Shown in pieces: positions 47,611-62,205 of a DNA stretch of 64,000 bases. Position 1 is the stretch's first letter. Every line of letters begins with the position of its first letter. Origin of the DNA: Octopus sinensis (lineage: Eukaryota). Under the pieces are notes generated by a model. It made no database searches. It was not told the DNA's origin and was given only the letters and a program-made list of their open reading frames with translations. The DNA is taken from NCBI RefSeq assembly GCF_006345805.1, contig NC_042997.1:41044001-41108000 (forward strand), given 5' to 3'. The position numbers were made by a program, and so were the translations under genes.

Positions 47611-48886
47611 GGCTTCTAGCATCCATGAGTATGTATGTATGTATGTACGTATGAATGTATGTATGTATGTATGTATGTATGTATGTATGTATGTATGTAT
47701 GTATGTATGTATGTATGTATGTGCGTATGTACATACATATACATACTGACTCGTATATTTTCTCGAGTGATGTGCTTAATCGGACCCCATTTTAAGTCTG
47801 TCATTTGGAACCTTTGCTGTTTATGCCGGAGTCATCTCTGTTGTAAACAATCAAGGCAGGTCTTTGGTTTCAGGATATCTTCCTACTTTGCCCCAACCAA
47901 TCACAGCAGCCTTCTGAATGATCATGAGCATTGACTGTCTTCCTGGCTAAGCGCTAAAAATATACTTTACCTCTCTACTTCGTTTTCTTCCTCTATCTCC
48001 TCCTCAGCATCACTCTTACCAACCCACATCCACACATTATTTGTCCCTCCGCCCACATTTACACTTTATACACACTTCACACGATAGACCACAGTTTCTA
48101 CCTAGACATCTTACTTCGGTAGCACAGTTACTCTCTTCACACTTTATTACACACAAACACACTCACACACACACACTTACACGCATACACACACACACAT
48201 ACAAATGCATACACACTGGTACATAGACTAAGACATATTCCCGCACACTCACTCTTCAAACACATACACACAATCACACACACATACCCATACTCACAAG
48301 TGCTGCCCTCACACATTCCCTCTTGCACCCAACGTTTTGCTTTGTATCTCTAAACCACTCACTTCTCTCTCCCTCCTCCTCCTCCCTTTTCCTCCCACTA
48401 CTGCTTGGCTGCTACTAACTGCAACAGTTTACCTCACCTATACGCACACATACCGCACCCCTCTTCTCTCCCTTTCCATTCGTGTTCACTCTTCTTCGAA
48501 TAAAACCACTTTTGCTCTTCTCTCCTTCTTTCGGCAGCCATTTTATGTCTCTCACTTAACACATGTGTACCAACCCTTTGCTTCTACCGTCTACATTAGT
48601 TGACCTTCATGAAGTCTGCCATCTTTTTCAGACATTTTACATTACTGAATGTTTTGCCTGCATTTTGCCCTTTTTTTCTTGTCTTGGAATTTGATCTCCT
48701 GAAGCAACTTTTCTCTCGTATTCGATTTTTATCCTATAGATTCTTCTGCAACTGTCTATGTCACGTCTTGCTGCTTTTACAGTGTTCACAGAGCATTGAA
48801 CGGTAGTGATGGTGTCTGAATTTTGGTAACCGTCATGAATTATCATGAATACAGGTATCTCTTTTCCAGTATTTAGATGACTTTAA

Positions 48887-49088
48887 AGGCGGCAAGCTGG
48901 CAGAAACGTTAACACACCGGGCGCAATGCTTAGCAGTATTTCGTCTGTCTTTACGTTCTAAGTTCAAATTCCACCGAGGTCGACTTTGCTTTTCATCTTT
49001 TCGGAGTACCAGTTGCGTACTGTGGTCGATCTAATCGACTGGCCCCCTACCCCCAATTTCGGGCCTTGTGCCTAGAGTAGGAAAGAAT
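48887..49088 (+). mobile_element. tRNA-derived SINE (another degenerate plus-strand copy at about 51940-52100)
   Basis: GGCGGCAAGCTGGCAGAAACGTT...GTTCAAATTCCACCGAGGTCGACTTTG...GGGCCTTGTGCCTAGAGTAGGAAAG; many copies in this window. Confidence 0.88.
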
Positions 49089-49677
49089 ACTAAGATGGCT
49101 TCCAGTCCTCCATATCAGCTTTTTTCTCAGCTACAACTTTATATTTATGCTCTCTAACGCCTTTGTTTACCAATACACTAAGTTTTCCTTAATATAATGG
49201 GACATAAAATCGTTATGTTTAATACCGACACTCTGTATATCCATCCATTTACCATCTTCAACGCTCATTATTCCTGGGAGGGTCATAAGGATATCTGGTG
49301 CCTCAGGTACCGCCTGCATAGGGTGCTATCAGAGGCAACTGCCAATACGCATACTGATTGAATTGTGGGCCTACATTCATGTGTGCGCTGTTGTGAATGT
49401 TTGCATATGTATATTTGTGCATGTGTGTGTGCGCGGGTGCCCGTGTGTGTGTGTGTGTCTGTGTGTGCCGTTGATGGTTTGTGTGATACAGTTGAATCTA
49501 TAAGTTCGTTAGAGAGAAGATGTGAATGTAAAGTGTGCGAATGGTAAAATGTTTATTCTTCATATCTTTATCTATAGTTTCCCTTTCATAAGACATTATA
49601 TTGCAAGCTTCAGAGAATAACCCGTATTTTCTTAGTAATAATAATAAAAGAAAAGAAGAAACGAGAATTTTACTTAC

Positions 49678-49835
49678 TTTGACATTGCGAATAATCCAGT
49701 ATAGGTATTCGTTTCCCTGAGCCTTCCTGACACGTGCCAAAGACAGCCACAGTTCTGTTATAGACTTTTTTGATATAATTTACGAAGGCTGGCAAGTGGC
49801 ATCCACACCTCATAAGGTTATTGTTTAGGAGGTAA
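49678..49835 (-). CDS. Exon, LRR C-terminal cap: (I)YLLNNNLMRCGCHLPAFVNYIKKVYNRTVAVFGTCQEGSGKRIPILDYSQCQ
   Basis: ttattacag|T...A|gtaagt, 158 nt, phase 2 to 1; N...CxC.L......C......C four-cysteine LRRCT pattern. Confidence 0.9.
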
Positions 49836-50828
49836 CTGTAATAATAAAGAGAACTCTGAATGCGTTTCAGATCAACAGAGAAATTCCCATGTGATTTGAC
49901 AAGAAACAAAGATTATAAAATTTGAGCAGGTTTATAAACGTTATGACATTCATTTTTCTAAGTGTTGTTAATAACATCAATAATGTGAAATGCTTTCTAG
50001 TAGAAAGTGGAAGCACTAAGGTTCTATTCTCTTTTAGCTTAGATATTGAATAATAAAGTACATTTAAATAAGATTACTAGCCACTTGAAACGATTCTATT
50101 TTATTGTAGTTTAGGGACATTTTAGTGTCGGGAATTTGGTGGTAGGTATCTTGCTACGCTCTATCTGAGAAAATTCATTTAGACGAGCGGCTTTGGCGCT
50201 AAGAAGGTCGTGTTTATTCTATGTAGCAACTGGTTTTAAAACTAGAGACGTACCAGCGCAGAGACTGAGAGATTATAGTGTTGTACATTTTATAGCTTCA
50301 GCGGTACAGACATGTATAGTAATACTCCTAATTAAGAAGGGGAAAATTAATATTCATTTTTGATATATCAATTTGAATATTTTCAGTCAATAATAAATCT
50401 CTGAACGAGATGTAAACAGTAACCGCTCGACAACGTAAAGTATAATAGCCATCTCAATATGGCTAACCACTAAGGATGGGTGTTACTGTAGCTTTTAGCC
50501 TCAGGAGATTATCGTCAACGCACGATATTATGTGACAGAAGATAACTGTTTCATTTTCATTTCAATACATTGTAATATTTCTGTATGTCTTTTGGTCTGT
50601 GTCATTCGCTGTGTATTGACCAAAACCAAATAATCCATTGATGAGGAGGTCATCAGGTAATCGCTAAAGCCAAAAACCTCTCAGTTCAATTGTCTTATGC
50701 CGGAGTAGAAATTAGAGGGAAAATGAATAAAACAAGTTTTAACCTTCTCATTTGACCCTTCACATGCAAACATAGACATCTTCATACACATTCAAGCATG
50801 AATATGGTAGTAGAAAGTAAAGTTAGAG

Positions 50829-50832
<4 letters not shown>

Positions 50833-50890
<58 letters not shown>

Positions 50891-50895
50891 GGGGG
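50833..50895. repeat. (GA)n microsatellite
   Basis: Directly visible. Confidence 0.97.
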
Positions 50896-52595
50896 CTATG
50901 AATGTAAGCCATTCCCACCACTCTGTACTACATACTGCAGTAGATTTATTAGAGAGGAGAAATGAGAAAATGATAATTGAAAATAACAGATACCAAATAA
51001 AATTAAGTAGGATGTTGTTAGAGAATCTTTAAAGGATATTCTAGATATAGTTTTGACAAACATGATATAATAAAATGTATTGGGCAAACAGATTACATAT
51101 ACAGCTATCAGACGAGAAAGAGATGACATACAATATATAAATGGCATACTAGATTTAGAGGATATACTAGATATAGATGATATACTGGACAGATGACATG
51201 CTATGATATATTTAGATGATATGTTTGAAGAGATGACATACAAGATATGGATAAATCTACTAAATGTAGCTAACCTGCAATATAGAGATTACCAGCTATA
51301 AGATATAAGTGACATACGAGCAAAGGGTATTGTCATATAAGTGCTGTGGCGAAGTTGCTAGGTATTGCGAAGCTGCGAAATATTGCTGAGGAAAATACCA
51401 GTTACATTTGACATGAGAGATTTAGCTGGATAATCATTCTAACTATAACCGGAAATTATAGCAGATATATCTGAAATTGTAGGTATTGGAAATGTTTTCT
51501 CCCTTGGCACTTCCTTTATTGAAAATGATTTTCAGAAGATAATATTCTGAACCTTTTAGGAATTTTGCTACATCGTAATGCAATTCTATAATGTTCTGAT
51601 AAATGCAATTTTGAAATAGGTCTGCTTGTTTACCTCCCAACCTCTAATACTGCGCAAACGTTGTTAGTTTTACTACTATCTATCTCCTTTAAAATGTTCT
51701 CCATTCCAAGCAGTGTGGTTAAGCTTTAATAGGGATAGGATTGTGTTAAATTTCCCTCTTTCTTTACCTCTCCACACACACGTGTATATATACATGTGTG
51801 TGTGTGTGTGTGTGTGTGTAAATATATATATATTAACACAGAAGAATGGAGATATCATACACATTGAATCAGATTGGCAAATCACAAAATCTTGTGATAT
51901 AGTAATACTGCGTATTAATCGGCCCTATAGTTACAGGGTGTTCTGTTTTCATGTTCTGAGTTCAAAATTTCGAGGACGATTTTGCCTTTCATCTTTTTGG
52001 GGTCGATGAATTAAGTACCAGCCGAGTACTAAGGTGGATGTAATCGACAAGCCCCCGGTCACAAAATTGCAGGCCTTGTGTTTATCGTAGAAAGAATATT
52101 ATTGTCCCTTGATAACCAAATTACCAAATGGTTTCGTGGTAGAAATACAGAGGCAAATACAGCAATCATCAGAAATATGTGAATGAAATTTTTGTGGATC
52201 TTATTCCTTCTGATAACTCCGTTGTCATAAAAATATAATAAGTAATAACCATATATATGTGTGTGTGTGTGTATGCTTATATATGCACATACGCATACAC
52301 ACACAGGAATATTTATATATGTGTGCATGTAGGTTGGTATGTAGGCTACTTTCTCGACTCCAGTTAATTATGTGTATTTATAAACATGGAGGAAACTAGA
52401 TCAAACCAACCTTCTGATATTTGAACATAAACTTTTCGATAATAAAACACAATGCTCGGAAATCATGTTGATCCACTGACATTTAAATCAACTCTGTTGT
52501 TTATTACCAACAACATTTAACGAGGAATTGAGAATTTGATGACCTCATTTTATTATTTTCATTTTCCTATAAACAAAAAGAACGTGTTTGCTTAC

Positions 52596-52667
52596 ATATT
52601 AACTATGCTGGGAAGGAATAAGAAAGCGCCATCTTCATATTTTTCTATTGGGTTGTTTTGCAAATAT
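52596..52667 (-). CDS. LRR exon 5 (last LRR): YLQNNPIEKYEDGAFLFLPSIVN(I)
   Basis: ctttttcag|A...AT|gtaag, 72 nt, phase 2-2, LxxNxIxx.xxxaF..L pattern. Confidence 0.88.
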
Positions 52668-53206
52668 CTGAAAAAGAGACAAATATTACACACTTTAAAA
52701 TAAGTAAAAGTAAATAAATCTGTTTACTCCTGTTCAGTACTAAATTGCTTTTTAGTCAACACTAACAGGGTAAACGCTGATATTACACACTACAATTGTT
52801 TATTTCTCTTTATAAAGAAATAACTTCGCAAATAAAGTTATAGTTCTCTTGGAAGTGTTGTTTGAACAAGAATAGGTTCCTTCAATCTAACTTAATTATC
52901 CTAAGAGAAAACCTGATAACAAAACAGCAAAAGATGGAAGGGAATAAAATACAAAAATAAAAAAAAATAACAAGGAGACTTTCTTATGTTTTATGGGGTT
53001 TAGTTAACATTCTCATCTATGGTAGAAATATCATTCTCCATACAGGCAAGGTTCTGTGGCAGGAAAATTACTTCTAACATCCATGGATTCTTTAGTCCTA
53101 CTGTGTGGCACCTTGGACAAATAACATTTACTATAACCTTGGGTCAACTAAGCGTTGTGAGTAAATTTGCTGCAGGAAACTGTGTGAATTGCCTTCGTAT
53201 ATATAT

Positions 53207-53301
<95 letters not shown>

Positions 53302-54519
53302 TGTGCTTGTCTTTGTGTTTATCCTCATCAACGCTTCATAACCAATATTGGTTTGTTTACGTCCCCCGTAACTTAGTGATTCCGCATAAGGTATCCGACT
53401 GATTAAGTGCCAGATTTAAAAAATTCAGTACTAAGGATGATTTGTTCGAGGAATCGCTCAAAGGTACTGCTCCAGAATGGCCGCAATCTGATAACTAAAA
53501 CAAGGAATAGTAAAAGTACATACTCCAGTAGCAGTGTAATGATAAAAAAGGTTTTCAAAACAATAAAATGTTAATTATTGTAATAACATTGACCATCTTC
53601 AGGCCAGTGCATAACTTTCAGAATCCTATTCAAAGTACATAAAACAATGGTCACCTTTTGGTAGAAGATATATACTGGGTACCTATAAATTGACTTTACA
53701 ATTTGAACAATTCAGAAGAAAATGAAGAACAAGGATAGCTCATCAAACTTTATTGGCAAACAGATATCAGAAGCATTAGAACACTTCGTCGTGGATTTAA
53801 TTGTTACCAATTCTATGTCGCTAAAAGCCACACTGCTTTTTTCTTGGTTGATTTTTATAACGGGATTTTTACTAAAAGAATCTTCCCCATGAAGACATTC
53901 TTTTAAATTTGATTAATCTACACATTTCCCTTTGAAATAACTGAGATATTTTGATTCAAAGTCACTTTTTCGCCTTACGCTGCCATTTTTTACCTCAAAA
54001 ACTTTGAAATAACTATTTTAAAGAATCAATTTACAATTATTTTAGCTCAAAATGTAGCTTACATCTCGATCATCATTGCCAAAACGATGCAATTAATTAG
54101 GTTGAGAACTGAATTACTAATTAAATCATGTAATAGGAGTGGAAGAGCTGCACTCTGTTGTTCACAGTCTTTAAGTGAAGTTCAGTAACAAGGACGGGGA
54201 GTCCATTGTTGTGGTGCCTAGTGGGATAATCTATGGTCACCTTGATACTTTGGTGGATGGAGTTGGCTACTTGCTGGATGCTCTCCATTATGTTCCTCTC
54301 AGTTTAAACATTACCATTACTAGAGCTGGTCTTAACTGTGATATTAATGCCATCTATATACCTACAGTAAAGTTGAAGAGTTGTGGACTGTTTTGCCAAG
54401 GATTGCTTAGGTTTTCTGATCCACCAGGTCATGAAGAGGCCGGCAATATCTCCACATACACCGACACAAATGGCTGCACCTTGAACTTACATATATAGTT
54501 TCAAGCATTTGTCTTATGA

Positions 54520-54922
54520 AGGAAGGCCGAAGACGCTCGACCTTTATTCTCTCGAAAAACGACGACGCCCTGGTGATCGCATTCTTGCTCACTAGATCAT
54601 AAGCAGAAAGTGTAACCTCTCGAAAGAGCTGTTCTTCACTCCTGCTCCAGAGCGTCGGCTGCAGGGTCACTCCGAAAAGCTCTATCTACGACGATTTCAT
54701 CTCAATCGAAGGAGAGGTGCTTTCTCCATCCGGGTTGCGGATCCGTGGAATAAGCTGCCGGACGAGATAGTGAAGATGCCGACGACCGCTCGATTCAAAG
54801 TCTCTCTTCACCAGAAATAGCCTGAACTCTTTGTATGACCACCCTCCCTGTACATAACTCCCTGTCCCCCTACATGGCCTTGATTTTGCTTTTTGAGCCA
54901 AAAAATTAAACTAAACTAAACT
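54520..54922 (+). mobile_element. CR1-like LINE 3' end
   Basis: GHSEKLYLRRFHLNRRRGAFSIRVADPWNKLPDEIV...FKVSL C-terminal motif, followed by a (TAAAC)n tail. Confidence 0.85.
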
Positions 54923-56322
54923 AGTTATACTTTAGACTGTGGTTCTTCAAGGTGGTTCTTACGCTAGCTCCTACTGCATGTGCAATCATTCCTTTCTCCT
55001 AATTGTTGTTCTCAGGGTGTTGGGTGGGTAGGGTTCAGCCACATCAGCGCTCAGTGTTGCATTTATTTACAGCTGAAGTGATGGTGGGTAATCTAAGCAT
55101 CTGTGATCTGGTGGGGCAGAATATATAGTCTAAGAACGAGACCTGGATCACGCGTGTTGACCTCACAGAACTACACTTCACTTTTCACAGATAATCTCAT
55201 TACATTATACCCCAGAAAAATCGATGTCAATAGATGGGCAGAGGGAATCATGTCCTTAGTGTCCACTACACAACATGTGAAGAACTTGGAGTGGCCGCAA
55301 ATACTCATTTTATTGAGGATGTCCTCAGTGCTAACATAGACGAAAAAGAAGAAGAAAAGAAGAAGAAGAAGAAGAAGAGAAGAAGAAGAAGAAGAAGGGC
55401 GAAGAAGAAGATAAAGAAGAAGAACAAGAACAAGAAGAACAAGAATAAAAAGAAGAAGAACAACACGGGCATGATAAAGTAAAAAAGAAAAGTAAAAAAT
55501 GAAAAGGTGGAGAAACAATACGAAGAGGAAAACGAAGAAGAAGAAGAAGAAGAAGAGGAGGAAAAGAAGAAAGAGAAGGAGGAGTTAGGAAGAATATGAA
55601 GGAGAAGGGGAGGAGGGAAAAAAGCACAACAACAATAGGTAGGGGAGGAGGAGGAAGCCGAGGAGAAAAGAAGAAGAAGAAGGAGAAGGAGAAGGCAAAG
55701 ATGAAGAAGAATAAGGAGAAAAAGAGGGAGAAGTAAAAGAAAAAGAAGGTGGAGGAAGAGAAAGAGAAGAAGAAGCAGAAGCAAAAGGAGAACAAGAAAA
55801 AGAAAAGAAAGAAGAATGAAGAAGAAGAAGTAAAAATAAGAAGAAGAAGAAATAGAAGACGAAGATGAGGAATTCGAAGTTGAATGACAAAATCAAAACA
55901 CTAAGGAGAAGATTGAAATAAGAAATGAAGGAGGAGACAAATTATAAAATAATGGAATATTATAGTCACATTTCACACAGAATTACACTTATATATGAAC
56001 ATACATATATACTTCAGCTACAAATATTTGATGCAAACATGTAAACTCACAAACGTTACCATTTCTAATACAAATTCATATCAAAATCATTGAAATTTGG
56101 GGAACAAAAATGAGTTATTGAGATGCGAATTGAAACAAAGCAACTACAATAAAGGAACATTATATTTTTCCTATTATTTCACTTTCTCTCTCAAATTCTC
56201 TCTCTTTCTTTCACATTGTCTCGCTCTCTCATATTCTCTTTGCATCTTCCTAAATCGTGTTCATTCTACAAATTCGAATTATTACTTTCGGAAAATCGTA
56301 TCAAGAAACTGAACGAACTTAC

Positions 56323-56394
56323 AATCTCTCTAAATTCGAAAGCCCCATGAATACACCTTCTTTGATGGTTGAAATGTTGTTCCATCGCAGATCT
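56323..56394 (-). CDS. LRR exon 4 (type B): DLRWNNISTIKEGVFMGLSNLER(L)
   Basis: gctatag|A...TT|gtaagt, 72 nt, phase 2-2, typical 24-aa LRR. Confidence 0.93.
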
Positions 56395-58091
56395 CTATAG
56401 CAGTAAAGAAAGAGTAAATTAGATAATATGGAAAATATTTGTGATACAACATCAAACACTGTGACTTCAGAATGAAAGGAAGAAAAACAAGAAAGATAAC
56501 GAGGAAGAAAGAAGAAGAAGAAGAAGAAGGCGAGGATAAAGAAGAAGAAGAAGAAGAAGAAGAAGAAGGCGAGGATAAAGAAGAAGAAGAAGAAGAAGAA
56601 GAAGGAGAAATGGGGAGGAAGTGGAAGAGGTGGAGGAGGAGGAGAGGTGGGGAGGTTAGGAGGAGGACAAAGGAAGGGATGACTGAGGAGGGGCAGCTGG
56701 GGGTAGCAGCAGAAGGAGCAGTAAGAGCAGGAGAAAGAGAATAAGAGGAAGAATTGGCAGAGAATGGAAAAGAGGGAGACGAGTGCCGAAGCAGAAAGTA
56801 CAGAGAAGAAAAAGAAGAAAAAGAAGAAAAAAAAGAAGAAGAAGAAGAAGAAGATAACGAAGAGGAAGAAGAAGAAGAAGACGAAGAAAAGAAAGAAGAA
56901 GAAGAAGACGAAGAAGAAGAAGAAAAAGGAGAAGAAGTAGAAGAAGAAGAAGAAGAAGAAGGAGAAGAAGAAGAGGAAAAAAAGAAAAAGAAGAAGAAGG
57001 AGAGTGTGGAGGAGAGTGAGGAGGAGAGCTGGGGAGGTTAAGAGGAGGACAAAGGAAAGGATGACTGAGGAGGGGCAGCTGGTGAAGGCAGCAGAAGGAG
57101 CAGTAAGAGCAGGAGAATTAGCTTAAGAGGAAGAACTGGCAGAGAATGGAAAAGTGGGCGACTAGTGACGAAGCAGTAATTACAGAGAAGAAAAAGAAGA
57201 AGAAGAAGAAGAAGAATGAGAAGAGGAAGAAGACAAAGAAGATACAGAAAAATAAGAAGAAAAAAAGAAGGGGTAGAAAAGAAGTAAAAGAAAAAGCGGA
57301 AAATGTTAAGAAGACGAAGCGGAGAAGAAGAAGACCTAGAAGGTAAAGAAGTATCAGAATAAGAGAAGATAAAAAAGAAGAAGCACAAGAAGAGAAAGGG
57401 GAAATAGGAGAAGAACAAGAAGAAGAAGACAAAGAAGAAGGAGAAAAGGAGAAGGAGAAGAAGAAGGAGGAGGAGGAGGTGGAGGAGGAGGCGAAGAGGA
57501 AGAAGGTCGAGGAGTAGGCGAAGAAGAAAAAGAAGAAGAAAAAGAAGAAGAAAGAAGAAGTAGAGGAAGGAGAAGAAAAAGAAGAAGAAAGAAGAAGTAG
57601 AGGAACAAGAAGAAGAAGAAGAAAGAAGGAGAAGGAGAAGAAGGAGCAAGAGAAGAAGAAGAAGGAGAAGAAGAAAAAGAAGAAGAAGTAGAATAATAAT
57701 AATAAGAAGAAGAAGAAGAAGAACAAAAACTACAACAACAATAACAAAACATTTATTTCGGTGGAAGTGTGGATAAATAACCACACGGCACCACAGAATC
57801 AACAGAACAATGTGTAACAAAATAGTAGCTAAAACTTACATTAATAGTGCAGATACATACATACATATGAACATACACATATATATTTTCAGGAATAACA
57901 TTTTTATGAAGACAATTATCAACTTACAGTCATTGACATGTTCAGACTCAATCAAATAAATATAACACGAATATGAGAACTGAATATGATTTACTGTATT
58001 AGAGAGTGAGAAAACATGGAAATAAGGGGATATTAAATTTAAAGACATAGTATATTACTCATGTATAAACGACAACATTGAAAGAACTTAC

Positions 58092-58163
58092 AATTCTTGT
58101 AAGTTATGAAGGCCTTGAAACATCTCTTTTTGAATCCTCGAAATTTTATTGGTGGAAAGATAT
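58092..58163 (-). CDS. LRR exon 3 (type A): YLSTNKISRIQKEMFQGLHNLQE(L)
   Basis: gcttcag|A...TT|gtaagt, 72 nt, phase 2-2. Confidence 0.93.
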
Positions 58164-59963
58164 CTGAAGCAGGAAACAATATTGGTTAGATTGACATAGC
58201 GTGAATTGCGATAACATATTCAATATTGTTCTTTATGAAAAGGGACAATATTACAGGAAAATAATACAAGAAGACGATAGGAAAGAGATTGAGGAGAAGA
58301 CAAAGAAGGGGAAGATGGGAAGGGGAAAAAAGAAAACAATGACGAAAAGGATGGGGAGAATTGTAGAAGATGGAGGAGTTGGAGAAGGAGGAGGGGAGGA
58401 GAAGAAGAATGAGGACGGGGGAGGAAAATAAGATGCAGGAGGGGAGGAAAATAGGAGGAGGAGAAGGAGCAGAAGGTAGAGTAGAAGAAGTAGATGTAGA
58501 AGATCAAAAAGAGGAGTAGGGTAAGGAGACGACGAAAAAGTGGAAGAAAAAGAACAAGGAGGGGAAGAAGAGGAAAAAGAAAAAGAAAAAGAAGAAGAAG
58601 AAGAGGAAGAAGAAGAGCAGGCAAAAAAGAAGATGAAGAAATAGAGAGAGGTGGTGAAGGATGAAGAGAATAAAAAAAAGAAGATAAGAAGAAGAAGAAG
58701 GAGGAGGAGGAGGCGGAGGAGAAATAGAAAAAGAAGAAAAAGAAGAAGTAGACGAAAAAGATGAAGAAGAAACAGAAGGAGGATGACGAGGGGGAGGGGA
58801 AGTGGAAGAATTACAAGGAGAAGAAGAAGAAGAAGACGATGGAAGAGAAGAAGGAGAAGAAGAAGAAGAATTAGGAGGAGGAGAAGAAGAAGAAGAAGAA
58901 GTCGTAGTAGTAGTAGTAGTTGTAGTAGAAGAAGAAGAAGAAGAAGAAGAAGAAGAAGAAGAAGAAGAAGAATATGAAGCGGAAGAAGACGAAGAAAAAG
59001 AAGAAAAAAGAAGAAGTAGAAGGAAGAGGAGGCAAAAGGAGGAAGAGGAGGGTGAAGGGGAAGCAGAAGTAAGAGAAGAAGAAAAAGAAAAAGAAGGAGG
59101 ATCTGGAGGAGGAGGAGGAGGAGGAGAGAGAATAACAGAAAGAAGATAAGAAGTAGAAAGAGGAGGAGGAGAAGTAGATGAAGAATTAGAAGGTAGAAGA
59201 AAGAGAAATAGAAGAAGTAGAAGAAATTAAGTAGAAGAAAGAAAAGAAAAAGAAAAAGAAAAAGGAGAAAGACAAGGATGAGAAGTAGAAGGAGAAGAAT
59301 GAGCAGAAGAAGAAGAAGAAGAAGAAGAAGAAGAAGAAGGAGACGAAGAAGATGAAGAAGACGGAGGAGGAGGAGGAGAAAAAGAAAAAGAAGAACAAGA
59401 AGCAGAAGAAAACAAGAAGTAAAGGAAGAAGAAGAAAAAGAAGAAGAAAGAGATGAAGGAGTAAAAGAAGAAGGAAGAGGAGGAAAAAAGAAGGAGGAGG
59501 GGGATGAAGGTGAAGAAGAAGAAGGAGAAATAGAAAAAGAAGAAAAAAGAAGGACGCGGAGGAGGAGGCGAATAACAAAAAGATAAGAAGAAGGAAGAGG
59601 AAGAGGAGGAGGAGGAGGAGGAGGAAGAGAAGTAGATGTAGAAGTAGAAAGTAGAAGTAGAAGAAGAAAAGGAAGGAGGAAGACGAGGAGGAGTAGTAGA
59701 AGAAGGAGAAGAAGAAGAAGAAGAAGAAAAAGGAGAAGAAGGAGAAGTTGGAGAAGAAGATGAAGAAGAAAAAGGAGCAGGAGGGGGTAGGGAGTGGGAA
59801 GACGAAAATTACAAGAAGAAAGAGGAGGAGTCTGGGGAGGAAAATAAGAGGAGGAAGAGAATTACAAGAAGAAAATGAAGAAGAAAACAAAAAAATTGAA
59901 GAAGAAAAGAAGGAGGAGGAGAAGAAGAATAGGAGAAAAGAAGTAGAAGAAGGAGAAGAAGAA

Positions 59964-60021
<58 letters not shown>

Positions 60022-60542
60022 GAGAAGGAGAAGGAGAAGAAGAATATGAAGAAGAAGAAGATAAAGAAGAAGGAGAAGAAAAAGAAGAAGAAAAAAAATG
60101 AAGAAGGAGAAGGAGAAAAAGAAGAAAAAGAAGGAGGTCGAGTTGGTGGAGGCGAATAACAAAAAGAAGATAAGAAGAAGGAAGAGGAGGAGGAAGGGGA
60201 AGAGAAGTAGGTGAGAAAGTAGAATTTAGAAGAAGTAGAAGAAAAAAAGAAGGAGGAAGCCGAGGAGGAGTAGCAGAAGAAGAAGAAGAAGAAGGAAGAC
60301 GAGGAGGAGGAGTAGAAGAAGAAGAAGAAGGAGAAGGAGAGGAAGAAGAAGAAGAAGATGATGAAGATGAAAAAGGAGCAGAGGGGGTGGGGAGGGGGAA
60401 GAATTACAGAAGAAAGAATACATTCTGGGGGGAAATAAGAGGAAGAAGAAATTAACAAAAGAAGAAAATGAAAAGAAGAAAAAATTAGAGAAGGAGAAGT
60501 GAAGGAGAAGTAGAAGAAAAAAGAAGAAGAAGATAAGAATAA

Positions 60543-60573
<31 letters not shown>

Positions 60574-61438
60574 AGAAGAAGAAGAAGAAGAAGAAGAAGA
60601 AGAAGAAGACATTGAAAATCATGTTGTTCAAGACGAAACTGAAAATGTTCTCAAAATATCAGGAAATAATTCAAGGATAGAGCGATAAATTTTGGTTGAG
60701 ACATGGCTGAAAAATCAGGGAATATACGGAATCAGTAATCAACATATTCAAATGCACTTATACGCATTCTTATATTCATAATATCAGCGACGGAATGTGC
60801 TATGCACACTCACATCACACATATTCCCACTCACCCTTGTGGAAATATGGTGAGAGAGATTATTTATTTCATATCGATTCATTGTCACAAGAATATTAGA
60901 AAACACACGCTTACAAGAAATATTTCAGCAGTTTAATTGTATCAGGCCAAATATTCCAGTTTACAAGTACAGTAAGTATTTCAGGTATACAGATAGAATG
61001 TATGTGACTATATTATTCGAATATATATTTTCCGCTTCCACTCCAGTTGCTCTATTACAGAAATAACGTGAAATGAATGACAAAATTCGAAGTTGAATGA
61101 GAATATTGAAATAAGAAATGGAGGAGGATGCAAAATATAAAATAAAGGAATAATATCGTCACATTTCACACAGAACTACACTTATATATGAACATACACA
61201 TATACTTCAGCTACAAATATTTTTCTTATTATTTCACTTTCTCTCTCAAATTCTCTCTCTTTCTTTCACATTGTCCCGCTCTCTCCTATTCTCTTTGTAT
61301 CTTCCTAAATCGTGTTCATTCTACAAATTTGAATTGATTTTGTTCGGTGCAATCTGAAATTTTATACATTTGTGAGCTTATATATCAGCATCAATTATTA
61401 CTTTCGGAAAATAGTATCAAGAAACTGAACGAACTTAC

Positions 61439-61510
61439 AATCTCTTTAAATTCGAAAGCCCCTTGAATGTACCTTCATTGATGGTTGAAATGTTGTTCAA
61501 ATTCAGATAT
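61439..61510 (-). CDS. LRR exon 2 (type B): YLNLNNISTINEGTFKGLSNLKR(L)
   Basis: gctatag|A...TT|gtaagt, 72 nt, phase 2-2; visible at the end of ORF 61435-61866. Confidence 0.93.
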
Positions 61511-62205
61511 CTATAGCAGCAAAGAAAGAGTGAAATAGATTTTACGGAAAATATATGCAGAAGGAGCAGGAAGAGCAGGAGAATAAGAGGAAGAATTGGC
61601 AGAGAATGGAAAAGAGGGAGACCAGTGACGAAGCAGAAAGTACAGAGAAGAAAAAGTAAGAAGAAGGAGAACAAGAAGAGGAAGAAAAGTCGGAGGAAGA
61701 GGCGAAGTAGAAGAAGAAGTTTGAGGAAGAGGCGAAGAAGAAGAAGAAGTAAAGAAGAAGAAGAAGAAGAAGAAGAAGTAGAAGAAGGAGGAGGAGAAGG
61801 AGAGGAAGAAGTAGAAGAAGAAGAAGAACAACAACAACAACAAAAACTATAACAATAACAAAACATTTATTTCGGTGGAAGTGTGGATATATAACCACAC
61901 GGCACCACAGAATCAACAGAACAATGTGAAAGAAAATAGTAGCTAAAACTTATATTAATAGTGCAGACACATACATACATATGAACATACACATATATAT
62001 TTTCAGGAATAATATTTTTATGCAGACAATTATCAACTGACAGTCATTGACATGTTCAGACTCAATCAAATAAATATAACACGAATATGAGAACTGAATA
62101 TGATTTCCTATATTAGAGAGTGCGAAAACATGGAAATAAGGGGATATTAAATTTAAAGACATCGTATATTACTCATGTATAAACGACAACATTGAATGAA
62201 CTTAC

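Noticed and set aside
60915-60986. Extra 72-nt exon candidate before a gtaag donor
   Set aside because: No AG acceptor at the required position and no LRR pattern in the translation.
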